Origin: Bacteroidales bacterium
GTDB taxonomy: Bacteria; Bacteroidota; Bacteroidia; Bacteroidales; WCHB1-69
Assembly: GCA_045616665.1 (NCBI GenBank)
Contig: JAZLHE010000066.1
Location: 1,800-65,799, forward strand
Reading direction: 5' to 3'
DNA: 64,000 nucleotides
Shown here in pieces: positions 38,921-49,700 of this stretch (the first letter of the stretch is position 1; each line of letters begins with the position of its first letter). Below the pieces are notes generated by a model that worked only from the letters and a program-made list of their open reading frames with translations, had not been told where the DNA came from and did not search any database. The position numbers and the translations under genes were made by a program.

Positions 38921-38999
38921 ACGTACTTCATACAATATTATTTTGCAAACTTACATAAAATTCGAGAATTTTGTATATCTTTGCATTAAAATTATTGTT

Positions 39000-39719
39000 A
39001 TGAAACCAAATGTTTATTTTGAGGATTCCACGATTCAACCCAGTGACTTTCAGATAGCGGCAGCAAACCAGCAGTTCATCGTCAAGGTGTATGGCTGGAT
39101 GTGTTTCGCATTGGCCATTACAGGCTTCGTTTCTTTGTTTGTCTGCCATTTTAGGCCACTCATCAACTTTTTTATGTCCAATACGGGTCTGTTCTTCGGT
39201 CTATGTATTGCGGAAGTCGTTCTCGTGTTTGTTCTTGCTGCCCGCGTAAATAAGATGTCTCTTTTCAATTGCGCACTCTGCTTCATTCTGTATTCCGTGC
39301 TCAATGGTATTACTTTGGCTCCGATTTTCTTGATTTACACACAAAGCTCCATTGCCACCACTTTCTTCATCTTGTCGGGCACTTTCGCCGCAATGTCGCT
39401 TTTTGGCTACTTCACCAGACAGGACTTGACCCGTTGGGGCAATATCCTCATTATGGTATTGTTAGGTGTGATTGTGGCCACGCTGATTAATCTTTTCGTT
39501 CACAGCACCGCCATCTATTGGATAACGACTTACGCCGGCGTGTTTATCTTTGTCGGCCTTATCGCCTATGATACCCAGAAACTGAAAGAAATGAATATGA
39601 TGGGCATTGAAGATTCTGAAATGGGCAGGAAGGTGGCCATAATGGGAGCCCTTACGCTTTATCTCGATTTCATCAACTTATTCATCTATCTGTTGAGAAT
39701 TTTTGGCAAGGAAAGATAA
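39000..39719 (+). CDS. Bax inhibitor-1/YccA family membrane protein
   Basis: KVYGWM, IAYDTQKLK and GALTLYLDFINLF. Start corrected to ATG 39000, downstream of a TATCTTTG promoter. Confidence 0.92.
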   Translation: MKPNVYFEDSTIQPSDFQIAAANQQFIVKVYGWMCFALAITGFVSLFVCHFRPLINFFMSNTGLFFGLCIAEVVLVFVLAARVNKMSLFNCALCFILYSVLNGITLAPIFLIYTQSSIATTFFILSGTFAAMSLFGYFTRQDLTRWGNILIMVLLGVIVATLINLFVHSTAIYWITTYAGVFIFVGLIAYDTQKLKEMNMMGIEDSEMGRKVAIMGALTLYLDFINLFIYLLRIFGKER

Positions 39720-39847
39720 ATCCTTTATCAGCAAAAAATATAAATTTTATATTAAAATACTGATTTAATGATATTTATATTGTTTGAAAAAAGTATGGAT
39801 TTTTTTGTCCGATAATTAAAAAAAATTGTATTTTTGCACTCACAAAC

Positions 39848-39919
39848 TGCCCAATGGTGTAATTGGCAACACTACAGATTCTGGTCCTGTCATTGGAGGT
39901 TCGAGTCCTCCTTGGGCAA
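39848..39919 (+). tRNA. tRNA-Gln(CTG)
   Basis: TGCCCAATGGTGTAATTGGCAACACTACAGATTCTGGTCCTGTCATTGGAGGTTCGAGTCCTCCTTGGGCAA folds as a cloverleaf with anticodon CTG. Confidence 0.95.
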
Positions 39920-39933
39920 CAAATTCCTTTCTT

Positions 39934-40548
39934 ATGTTAGTCATTGGCATTGCCGGTGGTTCCGGTTCCGGAAAAACTTCAGTCGTAAAAAAAATCATCA
40001 GTTCTCTTCCCCAAGAGAGAGTTGCTGTTTTGTCGCAAGACGCTTATTACAAAGATAATGGCGACATATCGCAAGAAGAACGGGAGAAAATCAATTTTGA
40101 TCATCCATCAGCCATTGAATGGCCTCTTATGATTCGTCAGATAAGTGAATTAAAGGCAGGTTGCAGTGTGCAAATGCCAACCTATTCGTATGTTACCTGT
40201 AAGCGAGGAGAAGAAACCGTCACGGTAAATCCTGCCGAGGTGCTAATTGTGGAAGGAATTCTGATTTTCACCAGTCCGGAGTTGTGTGATATTTTGGACT
40301 TGAAGGTTTTTGTCGATACCGAAGCCGACGAGCGACTCATCCGCATCATACAGCGGGATGTTGTGGAACGCGGACGTGGCTTGGATAAGTCTATCCGCCA
40401 TTATCGGACCTACGTAAAGCCGATGCACGAATCCTTTATCGAACCCACGAAAAAGTATGCGGACATCATCATTCCTGTGGGAGGTTTTAATGAAAAAGGG
40501 ATAGATATACTTACTTCCAAAATCAAGCAGACTTTGGCAATACAGTAA
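39934..40548 (+). CDS. udk: Uridine kinase
   Basis: IGIAGGSGSGKT, QDAYY, NFDHP, VEGIL and FIEPTKKYAD. Start corrected so it does not overlap the tRNA. Confidence 0.95.
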   Translation: MLVIGIAGGSGSGKTSVVKKIISSLPQERVAVLSQDAYYKDNGDISQEEREKINFDHPSAIEWPLMIRQISELKAGCSVQMPTYSYVTCKRGEETVTVNPAEVLIVEGILIFTSPELCDILDLKVFVDTEADERLIRIIQRDVVERGRGLDKSIRHYRTYVKPMHESFIEPTKKYADIIIPVGGFNEKGIDILTSKIKQTLAIQ

Positions 40549-40555
40549 AGAAATT

Positions 40556-41377
40556 TTAGAATTTTCCTCCGGCGCCTCCGCCGCCAAATCCACCACTGCC
40601 GCCGAAACCTCCGAAACCACCGCCTCCGAAGCCTCCTCCAAAGCTTCCGCCTCCGTATCCGCTTCGGCCATGACGTCCTCCGCTACCCAGCAATGCCGCC
40701 CAAAGCGCCGCTTTTGCCGCCGCATCCAAGGCATCGTCTCGCTGGTCACCAGAACCGCCACCCTTGTTGCCCTTCTCGGAATTATTATTTGCAATAGAAA
40801 GAATAACCACCGAAACGATGATGAAAAATATCATCAATAGGATATAAATCACATCATTGCCGTCAACATCACGCACCACGCTGATTTCACCCGCCACCAC
40901 GGGGAGTATCACATCCAACCCCTTGACAATAGCTTCATAATAATGTCCTTGCGTCAGTTCCGGAATAAACTGCTCGTTGATAATGCGCTTGCACGCTGCA
41001 TCAGGCAGAACGCCTTCCAGGTCGTATCCCGTTGCGATAAAAATGTCGCCATCTCCTCCTTTGGGACTGCTGGGTTTGATGAGGATGACGACGCCGTTAT
41101 TGTAACTTTTGTCTTTTACCCCCCATTTGTCACCAATCTCGTAGGCAAATTCGGCGGCCTCATAACCGCCAAGGTCATTCACGATGACCACGCAAATCAC
41201 ATTGGAAGTGGAATCGTTGAAAGCGACCAGGCGGTATTCCAACTCATTCACCTGCTGAGATGTCAACACTCCGGCAAAATCATTAACCAGACGTGGCGGA
41301 TCGGGTGGCGGCGGAATTTGTGCCCAACCGATTATCGCCCACGTGGCAGCCAATAAGAAAAGAATGACTTTTTTCAT
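40556..41377 (-). CDS. TPM domain (YgcG-like) protein
   Basis: VNDFAGVL, WGV...NNGVVILI, ATGYDLEGVLPD, and a Gly-rich tail GGFGGGGAGG. Confidence 0.9.
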   Translation of the reverse strand: MKKVILFLLAATWAIIGWAQIPPPPDPPRLVNDFAGVLTSQQVNELEYRLVAFNDSTSNVICVVIVNDLGGYEAAEFAYEIGDKWGVKDKSYNNGVVILIKPSSPKGGDGDIFIATGYDLEGVLPDAACKRIINEQFIPELTQGHYYEAIVKGLDVILPVVAGEISVVRDVDGNDVIYILLMIFFIIVSVVILSIANNNSEKGNKGGGSGDQRDDALDAAAKAALWAALLGSGGRHGRSGYGGGSFGGGFGGGGFGGFGGSGGFGGGGAGGKF

Positions 41378-41973
41378 TAATCAAAGTTGAAATCCACTTC
41401 TGGAGCATTTTCTGCACCTTCTTTGGCCTTGAAATATCCTTTTTTGTCAAAGCCAAACATTCCTGCGAAAATATTATTTGGAAAACGACGAACGGCAGTA
41501 TTGTAGCTCTGTACCACTTCGTTGAATTTCTTGCGTTCTACTGTAATGCGGTTTTCGGTTCCTTCCAATTGTGACTGTAATTCAAGGAAGTTTTGGTTGG
41601 CTTTGAGTTCAGGATAGCGTTCTACCACCACCATCAGGCGGTTCAAGGCAGAACTCAGTTCATCTTGCACCTGTTGAAATTTGGCAATGTTTTCTTCAGT
41701 TAGATTTGAAGGATCAACTTGCACGGAAGAAGCTTTTGAACGGGCGTTGATGACGGATTCCAAAGTTCCCTTTTCAAAATCGGCGGCTCCCTTGACGGTT
41801 TTTACCAAGTTTGGGATCAGGTCGGCACGGCGTTGATATACGTTTTCAACTTGTGCCCACGCTTGTTGCACGGTTTCATCCAATTTTACCAGTTTGTTGT
41901 AAATGCCGCTTACAATGGCTATCAGGGCAACGATGGCTCCGATGATGATTAAGATTTTTACTGTTTTACTCAT
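41377..41973 (-). CDS. lemA: LemA family protein
   Basis: YQRRADLIPNLV, ERYPELKANQNF and LEGTENRI. Confidence 0.95.
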   Translation of the reverse strand: MSKTVKILIIIGAIVALIAIVSGIYNKLVKLDETVQQAWAQVENVYQRRADLIPNLVKTVKGAADFEKGTLESVINARSKASSVQVDPSNLTEENIAKFQQVQDELSSALNRLMVVVERYPELKANQNFLELQSQLEGTENRITVERKKFNEVVQSYNTAVRRFPNNIFAGMFGFDKKGYFKAKEGAENAPEVDFNFD

Positions 41974-42006
41974 TTTAATTATATTTTTAATTTTGTTATT
42001 TGATTT

Positions 42007-42570
42007 TTACGCACATAAATGCTGAATTAGGATTTTGGTTCCAATGCCGATGAGAATGATGCCTCCAATGATTTCGGCGTAGGAGGGTTTGATGCGTTGG
42101 GATAGAAATTTGCCCATATAAATTCCAATAATCGAGAGTGCGAAGGAGAATAGACCGATTATCAGAACCGAAAACCATATATTGACCGCCAGCATTGAAA
42201 AACTAAAACCTACAGCCAGGGCGTCGATGCTGGTGGCAATAGACAAAATAAGTAAGGTGGTGGGTTTCATCACGTCGATTTTTTCCTCGTCGGCTGAAGG
42301 ATGAACAGCTTCGAAAATCATTTTTCCACCAATAAAAAGAAGGATTCCAAAGGCAATCCAATGATCAACGACCGCGCAGTAATTGACGACGATTTCGCCG
42401 CCAAAATAGCCGATAACCGGCATCATAGCTTGAAAGAAACCAAAGAAGAGACCAACAATGCATGCGTGCTTAAAACGGAGTTCCGGCTGTAGTCCGCCTG
42501 CCGAAAAACTGACGGCGAAGCAGTCCATGGCAAGTGCAATCGAAAGGAAAATCAGTTCTATTAAGCTCAT
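42007..42570 (-). CDS. mntP: Manganese efflux pump MntP
   Basis: LAMDCFAVS, FQAMMP and ATSIDALAVG. Confidence 0.92.
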   Translation of the reverse strand: MSLIELIFLSIALAMDCFAVSFSAGGLQPELRFKHACIVGLFFGFFQAMMPVIGYFGGEIVVNYCAVVDHWIAFGILLFIGGKMIFEAVHPSADEEKIDVMKPTTLLILSIATSIDALAVGFSFSMLAVNIWFSVLIIGLFSFALSIIGIYMGKFLSQRIKPSYAEIIGGIILIGIGTKILIQHLCA

Positions 42571-42574
42571 TGTA

Positions 42575-44410
42575 TTAATCTTTCATTAGTTGCATTGTAC
42601 AGAAACGGAAATAGTCACCCTTTTGTTGCATCAGTTCTTCGTGCGTTCCTTCTTCGCTGATGTGGCCGTCTTTTACAAAGAGAATGGTGTCGGCATTGCG
42701 GATGGTGGATAGGCGGTGGGCAATGATAATGGCGGTACGGTCTTTCAGCAATTCCTGAATGGCTTGTTGAAACAGGTATTCCGATTCGGTGTCCAAGGCC
42801 GAAGTGGCTTCGTCGAGAATGAGAATCTGCGGATTGCTTAAGAGAGCCCGTGCAATACTGATTCTTTGCCTTTGGCCTCCGGAAAGCCGCATTCCGCGAT
42901 CTCCTAAAACCGTTTGATAGCCATTTTCCATTCCCATAATGAAATCGTGGGCCTGGGCAACTTTGGCGGCGGCTTCCACTTGTTCTTTGCTGACATCATT
43001 CATACCAAAGGTGATATTGTTATATACCGTATCGTTGAATAACATCACGTCTTGGTTGACAATGCCGAAAATTCTTCTCAAATCGCTGATTCTGTAGCGG
43101 TTGATATTGATTCCGTCTAAGGTGATTTCTCCTGCGGATACATCGTAGAACCTTGGAAGCAAATCTACTAAAGTTGATTTTCCCGCACCGGAAGCCCCTA
43201 CCAATGCGATGGTTTTTCCTTTTTGCAATTCAAAATTAACGTCATTGAGGACATCGTATTTGCCGTTAATCAGATTATCATTATAAGAAAAACCAACATT
43301 TTTGTATTCGATTTTATCTTTAAATTCCAAAAGTGAAATGGGATGTTCGTCTTCCACAATAACTTCTTCACCATCAATAATTTCGTATATTCTTTCTGCG
43401 GAAGCGAGTCCTTTTTGAATGGTATAGACGGAAGTTACCAGGGTCTTTGCCGGAGAAATAATTCTGGCGAATACCAAAATATACAAAACGAATATTCCAC
43501 CGTTAAAAAGACTTTCCGGAGCAAAAAGGCCTCCGAGCAGAAGTATGAGCATCAAGGCAAAAATACTGAGAAATTCAACTAATGGAGACCCCAATTCGTT
43601 GATTCTGAATATTTTCTTGTTTAATTTATAAAATTCGTGATTTTCATTTTTAAAATTTTCAGACATAAAATCAATGGCGTTATATGCCTTGATGATTCGC
43701 AAACCACTGATGGTTTCTTCAAAAATGGCACTTAAGCGGCCCAGCAGTTGTTGTGCTTTGACGGATTTTCGCTTGATACTTTTGCCGATGATGGTGATAA
43801 AATACCCTGAGATGGGCAAGATAATGAGAACCAATATCGTTAATTTGGCACTGATGCTGAAAAGCACGATGAGGAATATGGTCACAATAAAAGGATCTCG
43901 GCAAATGGAATGCAGCGTGGCAATAATGGACCATTCCACTTCTTGCACGTCGGCGCCCATACGGTTGAGAATGTCTCCCTTTCGGTGCTTGGTATAAAAC
44001 GAAAGAGGCAGAATGATGAGTTGATGGTAGATTTCGCTTCGTAGTTGATTCAAAATCCCGCAACGTATGGCGGAAAGGAAAAATGCGGCCATATAGCGGC
44101 ATAAATTGGACAAAAATGAAAGCACAATCATTGTCCCGGCAATGTAAAACAAGGCGGCAAGTTTTCCGTACGAACTGATAATCAAATACATAAAGTGGTA
44201 AAAACTGTTGATGGCATAATCAACACTCAAGGCAAATTCAGGCTTGGCCGTGACAGCTTTGGTTTGTTCAAACAGTACCTGCAAAAACGGTACCACCATC
44301 GAAAGCGAGAAGATGGAAAAAATCGAATAAAGCAAATTGAAAAATATAATAAGCGCAATATTACCCTTGTAAGGCAGCACGTGTTTGAAGAGACGGATAA
44401 TAAGCTTCAT
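42575..44410 (-). CDS. MsbA-like ABC exporter (lipid A flippase candidate)
   Basis: TM domain plus GASGAGKS, LSGGQRQR, ILDEATSALD and IAHRLST. Confidence 0.88.
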   Translation of the reverse strand: MKLIIRLFKHVLPYKGNIALIIFFNLLYSIFSIFSLSMVVPFLQVLFEQTKAVTAKPEFALSVDYAINSFYHFMYLIISSYGKLAALFYIAGTMIVLSFLSNLCRYMAAFFLSAIRCGILNQLRSEIYHQLIILPLSFYTKHRKGDILNRMGADVQEVEWSIIATLHSICRDPFIVTIFLIVLFSISAKLTILVLIILPISGYFITIIGKSIKRKSVKAQQLLGRLSAIFEETISGLRIIKAYNAIDFMSENFKNENHEFYKLNKKIFRINELGSPLVEFLSIFALMLILLLGGLFAPESLFNGGIFVLYILVFARIISPAKTLVTSVYTIQKGLASAERIYEIIDGEEVIVEDEHPISLLEFKDKIEYKNVGFSYNDNLINGKYDVLNDVNFELQKGKTIALVGASGAGKSTLVDLLPRFYDVSAGEITLDGININRYRISDLRRIFGIVNQDVMLFNDTVYNNITFGMNDVSKEQVEAAAKVAQAHDFIMGMENGYQTVLGDRGMRLSGGQRQRISIARALLSNPQILILDEATSALDTESEYLFQQAIQELLKDRTAIIIAHRLSTIRNADTILFVKDGHISEEGTHEELMQQKGDYFRFCTMQLMKD

Positions 44411-44483
44411 TTTTTTCAATTTAAAACGCAAAAATACAAATAATTGTTTTATCTTTGCAAAGTTAATAATATTCTAATGTAAT

Positions 44484-45533
44484 ATGAAAAAAATATTAAT
44501 ATCATTGATTTTTGTTGGCTTTTCGATGGTTGTTTTTGCACAAAGAGATAGCACGAAATGCTTGATTTCGTTTTACAATGTGGAAAATTTGTATGAGCCG
44601 GAGAATGATTCGTTGTTTAAGGATGATGATTTTACGCCAGAAGGGATGTACCATTGGACGTATGGCAAGTATGTCAAGAAAATCAACAATATTGCCAAAG
44701 TGCTGATAGCTATGGGGGAAGGCGATCCACCGGATATTGCGGCGATGGCGGAAGTGGAAAACGACAAGGTGTTCCAGCGATTTTGCCATCATTCGCCGTT
44801 GCAAAAGTATCATTACGGCTTCGTTCATTTTGACGCGCCGTATGTTCGTGGTGTGGAAACGGGTTTGTTGTATCGAAAGGACAGGGTGCGGATTCTCCAT
44901 TCGGAAGCGATTCCGATAGTTTTCCCGTTTGAGCCGTCAACCAAAAACCGTGACATTTTATATGTGGCGGCGCAAATATGCGGGGGCGACACTTTGCATC
45001 TTTTTGTTAATCATTGGACTTCTCGTTATGGTGGGTACGGTGCAACCATTCCCAAAAGAAATTATTATGCCCAAGTGCTTCGTTTGCGAGTGGATTCGTT
45101 GCTGTCTGCCAATGCCGATGCAAAAATCGTGATTGTGGGTGATTTTAATGATTATCCGACCGACGAAAGCGTGAGCCAGACATTGGGCGCGTGCAATATG
45201 AAAAAAACGGACACGGCGGCATTGTACAATTTGATGTATCGGTTTTTGGAGATGAACAATGTGGGAACGCACAAGCACGAGGATTTTTGGGGTTGCCTGG
45301 ATCAGGTAATTGTTTCAAAACCGCTATTGACAGCTTCCGATACTTCTTTGCGTATTGTTGAAAATCAGGCCCATATTTTCAAAGATGATTTTATGGTGTT
45401 GGATGATGAAAAGTATGGCGGATACAAAGTTTTTCGAACTTTTTTGGGTCCTCGATATCTTGGCGGTTATGGCGACCATTTGCCGGTTTATATCGTTTTG
45501 GAAAATAGGAGTCGCTTGGTTCAACGGGAATGA
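44484..45533 (+). CDS. Secreted endonuclease/exonuclease/phosphatase family protein
   Basis: FYNVENL, AEVEN, VNHWTSR, GDFND, LDQ and GDHLPVY. Confidence 0.9.
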   Translation: MKKILISLIFVGFSMVVFAQRDSTKCLISFYNVENLYEPENDSLFKDDDFTPEGMYHWTYGKYVKKINNIAKVLIAMGEGDPPDIAAMAEVENDKVFQRFCHHSPLQKYHYGFVHFDAPYVRGVETGLLYRKDRVRILHSEAIPIVFPFEPSTKNRDILYVAAQICGGDTLHLFVNHWTSRYGGYGATIPKRNYYAQVLRLRVDSLLSANADAKIVIVGDFNDYPTDESVSQTLGACNMKKTDTAALYNLMYRFLEMNNVGTHKHEDFWGCLDQVIVSKPLLTASDTSLRIVENQAHIFKDDFMVLDDEKYGGYKVFRTFLGPRYLGGYGDHLPVYIVLENRSRLVQRE

Positions 45534-46733
45534 TTAGTGGGTTTTTCGTTGTTCCATTTCTTCCTCAAAAAGCAATGTTCTAATTTCGGACAATTGTGCT
45601 GTGCTTAATTCGTCAAAAGAAAAATCTTGTTGAAGGAATGAGGGAATGGTGCGTTGGGTGAGAAAAGGCAGATTTTCTCGCAAGGATTGTTCGTCACTGA
45701 CGGAAAGCTGGCTTTGTTCGCGTTTTAGGAATTGCATAATGCGCAGTCCATCGGCTTTTTCGTGAAAAGCGTGTCTGAAGTGGGCTAAATCTTTGGCATT
45801 TTTGCGAAGTGGCTGCCACAAATTGTCATCTTTGAATTGCTTTTCTAAGAAATCGATGAATTGATAGTGTTGGTCTTTTTGATAAAGTTCATCAATTAAA
45901 TCGTAACATTTTTTGACTTCATCAAAAAGGGAAAAATGATATATGGGATAACTGTCCCAAATGCCTTGACTTCCTTTGCGAATGGCGGGACCTGTGCCGA
46001 AAAAGACGCGGTCGGAAAATCGGGCGGCGGGATACACCAGTTCGTCGTTCCAGTTGTTGATGGGGGACATTTTGCGAAGTTTCTGTAACAGGTAAAAGTC
46101 CTCACCGCTTTTCATCGGGGTAATGCCGTTGATTTTTTTCAATGCCTTGATTTTTACGGCAATGGCCGATCCAATGGCGGTGAAACTGTAGGGACATCTA
46201 ATGCGAAAGAGATTCAACAGGCAGTTTCGCATATAGATTTCGTAACGGAGAATGGCTCTGTTGGCTTGGTCGTCGTTGGTGAGCGGGTGAAAGTAGGGCA
46301 CCGAAATTGCGTTTTGCTCAGGGTGCCGCTCAAAATTTTGTGCGATGGATTCCACATAATGTGGTCCGAAAACGGTGTCGGCGTCCATACTGATGAGAAT
46401 GTCGTCATCAGCTGCGTGGCATACGATTTGTTCAAAAAGTACTTTTCGGGCAAAACCGACGCCGAAGTTTTTGTCGTCCCATCCCTTGCCTTTGGAACTT
46501 TTGTCGATAAGGTGCAAAGGAAAAGGAAATTGTTGCGACTGTAGCCATTTCAGCAAAGTTTGATTATGCTGGCAGATGGCCTGTTTTTCTGGGTTTTCCC
46601 ACCAGCTTTCAGGCTGATTGACGCAAATACCGACTTCAAAATGATGCCTTCCTTGCTGATGGGCAAGCGCTTGCATCGTTTGAGGAAGAAAATCGAGTTC
46701 GTCTAAGGCGGGAATGGCAATGAAAAGTCGCAC
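45534..46733 (-). CDS. GT-A / family 2-like glycosyltransferase
   Basis: IAIPALDE, GVGFARK, DAD motif, and GEDFYLLQKL. Confidence 0.85.
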   Translation of the reverse strand: MRLFIAIPALDELDFLPQTMQALAHQQGRHHFEVGICVNQPESWWENPEKQAICQHNQTLLKWLQSQQFPFPLHLIDKSSKGKGWDDKNFGVGFARKVLFEQIVCHAADDDILISMDADTVFGPHYVESIAQNFERHPEQNAISVPYFHPLTNDDQANRAILRYEIYMRNCLLNLFRIRCPYSFTAIGSAIAVKIKALKKINGITPMKSGEDFYLLQKLRKMSPINNWNDELVYPAARFSDRVFFGTGPAIRKGSQGIWDSYPIYHFSLFDEVKKCYDLIDELYQKDQHYQFIDFLEKQFKDDNLWQPLRKNAKDLAHFRHAFHEKADGLRIMQFLKREQSQLSVSDEQSLRENLPFLTQRTIPSFLQQDFSFDELSTAQLSEIRTLLFEEEMEQRKTH

Positions 46734-46735
46734 AA

Positions 46736-49700
46736 TTAGTCTTTTAAGGGGTTGGCAATGAATGGTTTTTTCTGCAAGTTGATATCAGGATTCTTGTTCA
46801 GTTCAAGTTCTTCAAAAAGTATGGCTTTGGGCAAAATAAAGCTGACGGGTACTCCGTAGAGTTGAAAGTCGTTGGATGCGGGCCAGGCGTTTATTTTTTG
46901 TCCGCTCATCAGGGTATTGAAGACCTGTTGCTCGGATGATACGGTGGCTACGTGTTTGAACGTCTTGAGTTTGGGAGTTGACAATTGAGCCATACGAACC
47001 AATTTTTCTTCGCCTGTTTTGACGTTGATCTGATAACAGTAGGTCGGAATTAAATGGTTATCGCTGATGTCTTTTATCTTGGTGACGATATATCCGTATT
47101 CATAATCTTCGGATTTGGCCAAGGTCATCAATTTCTTTTTGAGTTGTTGATAGGAACTTTTGTTTTTGCCGGTCATTTCAATAACGCCGGGTGCCAAGGC
47201 AGTTTGCAGTTTGTTTTCGCTGAGGACCAGACGATTGTGTCCGTTGCTGAATGGAGCTTTGTCGGCGGGTTCTCTGTTATTTAGCAATTGCATCAAAACA
47301 CCGTCCTCAATCAAAAGGGTTTCATCATCGGAAGTATAGCCGTCGGCATCGTGTTGGAAACTGCCGATGAGGGGTATGCCGTTGTATTGCGTGAGCGTGT
47401 TGCGGCTGCGGAGGCTTAGGTCTCTGGAAATGACCTTTTTATTTAGAAACGAAACGAGAGAGTTGTCTTTATCGGCATAGTCGCCATACATAGATGCTAT
47501 CTCCGAAGAAGAAAAAATGGGTTTTCTGGAAGCCATTAATCCGTTGTCGGCTTGGAAAAAGCATTGTTCTATAAGCGTGGCGGCGGCGTCGTCGGCAAAA
47601 ACGATGGGACCGCTGTAGGCATCTTCTACCACGGGAGCCCTACGAAGTTGCTCAAGTCGGTCGGCAAAGTCTGCGATTTGCTTTTGTAATTCATTGGTGG
47701 AAGGAAGTTGCGAAATGTCTTTGCGATAAATCCAGAGATGGTCGGATAAAGGTTCCCCGTCGTCCGTCAAAGTTTCTGCAAAAATATGGATTCCCACAAG
47801 GTTAAAAGCTTTTTTATATTGCAATCCTTCGCTGTTTCGATAGTAGGCATTGCCTTGATAGGCATAGAAATTTACACCTGAATTGGTGAATTCTGGATAG
47901 TTGGAAAATATATTTGACAGTTCGTTGATGGTGTTTTCGTATTGTAATCTGTCAATGGTTGAAGAAGATTCTTCTTCCGAGAAATTGGCAAAAACGATGG
48001 AACTTCTGTCGGGAAGGTCGAGTTGCTTTTGGGGAATATTTTGCTGCTCGATGGCCGCATTTTTGGCTTCCAGATGTTCGGCATTGGTTTTGTAGAGCTT
48101 GTCGGTAGTGAGCCACAGATTATAGCGGATATTGTAATAATCATTATCGATAGGCATACTTCCCATTGTGCCGCTGTTTCTAAAAATCAAAGAGTTCATA
48201 TCGAAGTAATGCTGGTTGTTGCGTTTGTCGTTGCCGACCAAAACGGTAACGTCTTTGTCGCGGCAAGGCCTTTGGAACGAGGTGATAATGCCGCCGAGCG
48301 AACTGCGGATGCCTGTAATGGTGGCATCAGAAATCAAATAGCTGATGAAGTAGGGTGATTTAAGGTCTTTGATTTGCAAGGAAGTCATATTTTGTTCCAA
48401 TTCGTCCTCCATCGCTTCAAAACAAGTGGTTTCAAAATTGTCGGTGTTGAAAATTTGACTGTAATTTTTAGGGATGATGGGTGGGCGTTGTTGGCTTTTG
48501 CTTTTTTTCTGCATTTCGATTTGCTTGATGAAGAGAGCAGGAGAGCAACAGCCGACGGGTACCCAACCTGATTCCGCACCGCAAGTGCCGGCGAAGTTTC
48601 CGTGTTCGGTGCCGGCAGCTTCAATCTTGGAGAACATCGACAATGGGGTGCCGACCAAATCAACGCCGCGTACTAATTCGTCGGGTCTCCCGTCAACATA
48701 GATGCGATACACTTCCAAGGGAGTTACGTTGAAAGCGTTGGGGGAATAGCGGCCGGTAGTCGTAAATCCCCCTTGAACACTGGCAAATAGGTAGCCGTAA
48801 TCTTTGCCTTGTGCCTTGGCTTCGGCAATAAGCATTGCTCGAAGCTGTTCGTCGGTATAGGGATGTTCCGTTTCAACGATGAGGTTGGATTGGCGCGAAA
48901 CAGGTTGATAACCCGCTTGTGAACGGGCGTGACCATTGGATAAGGGGAAACTGTCAATGGGTGTTCGTGTCATCAGGAATTTTTTCAAGATTCCGTGATC
49001 CACGACTTTAACCTGATAACCGAAAAATCCTTCGTCATCATATTTGTAACTGCCATTCAATGGAATATCCTTATAAAATAAAATGGATGGGTCAAAAATA
49101 ACCGAAAGGTCCGTGGGAAGCACTTGCTCATTGAGTTTCTGTTTGAATGTCTGTCCATCCGTACTTTGTTTAAGTCGTTGTCCTTCAATACGATGTCCGA
49201 AAATTTCGTGGAAGAACACGCCTGCGGCTTCTTTGGATAATAAAGCGGGTCCTGTATAAGGATCTACGACGGGAGCTTTGACCAGTTGACTGATTTTGCC
49301 ATTCAGGTTTTGCACGTCAGCCAACATCGTTGATTGGTCGGGGAGCTGCTGTGGCGTATGGGCAAAATAGGATTGATACAAAGGCAGATACATTCCATCT
49401 GCAGCTTGTCCTTCCACATTGACGAACAGATGGCAAAAAGTGTTGTTTTGTACGATGCTGGTGTTGTCGCTATTGACAAAATATTTGCGTAAAATCGTAA
49501 ATTGAATTAGACTGCTGCCTTCTTGTGCGTCTTTGTTATGGTTGAAGACCGCGGATAATTCCTTGAGCCGTTGAATCCATAGCGTTTCGTCTAACGAAAG
49601 GTCGGTGACGGCTGGTTCAAAATAAACCTCTTGGGCGGCGGTGGAATAGTCCGGGGCGTGGTCTTCCTCTTCGGCTTTAACGGCAACGTTGGCCTTGACT

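Noticed and set aside
39874-39890. A-C mismatch at the base of the tRNA-Gln anticodon stem suggesting a pseudo-tRNA
   Set aside because: The rest of the cloverleaf is intact and has its own promoter, and a single 31-39 mismatch is tolerated.
38787-39933. N-terminal extensions in the ORF track (38787, 39826; also 23598, 51771, 52106, 60233)
   Set aside because: They overlap other genes, tRNAs or promoters. Downstream ATGs fit the family N-termini and the TAnnTTTG promoter positions.
40560-40760. GC-rich GGN repeats
   Set aside because: They encode the normal Gly-rich C-terminal tail of TPM-domain proteins and are not an independent repeat array.
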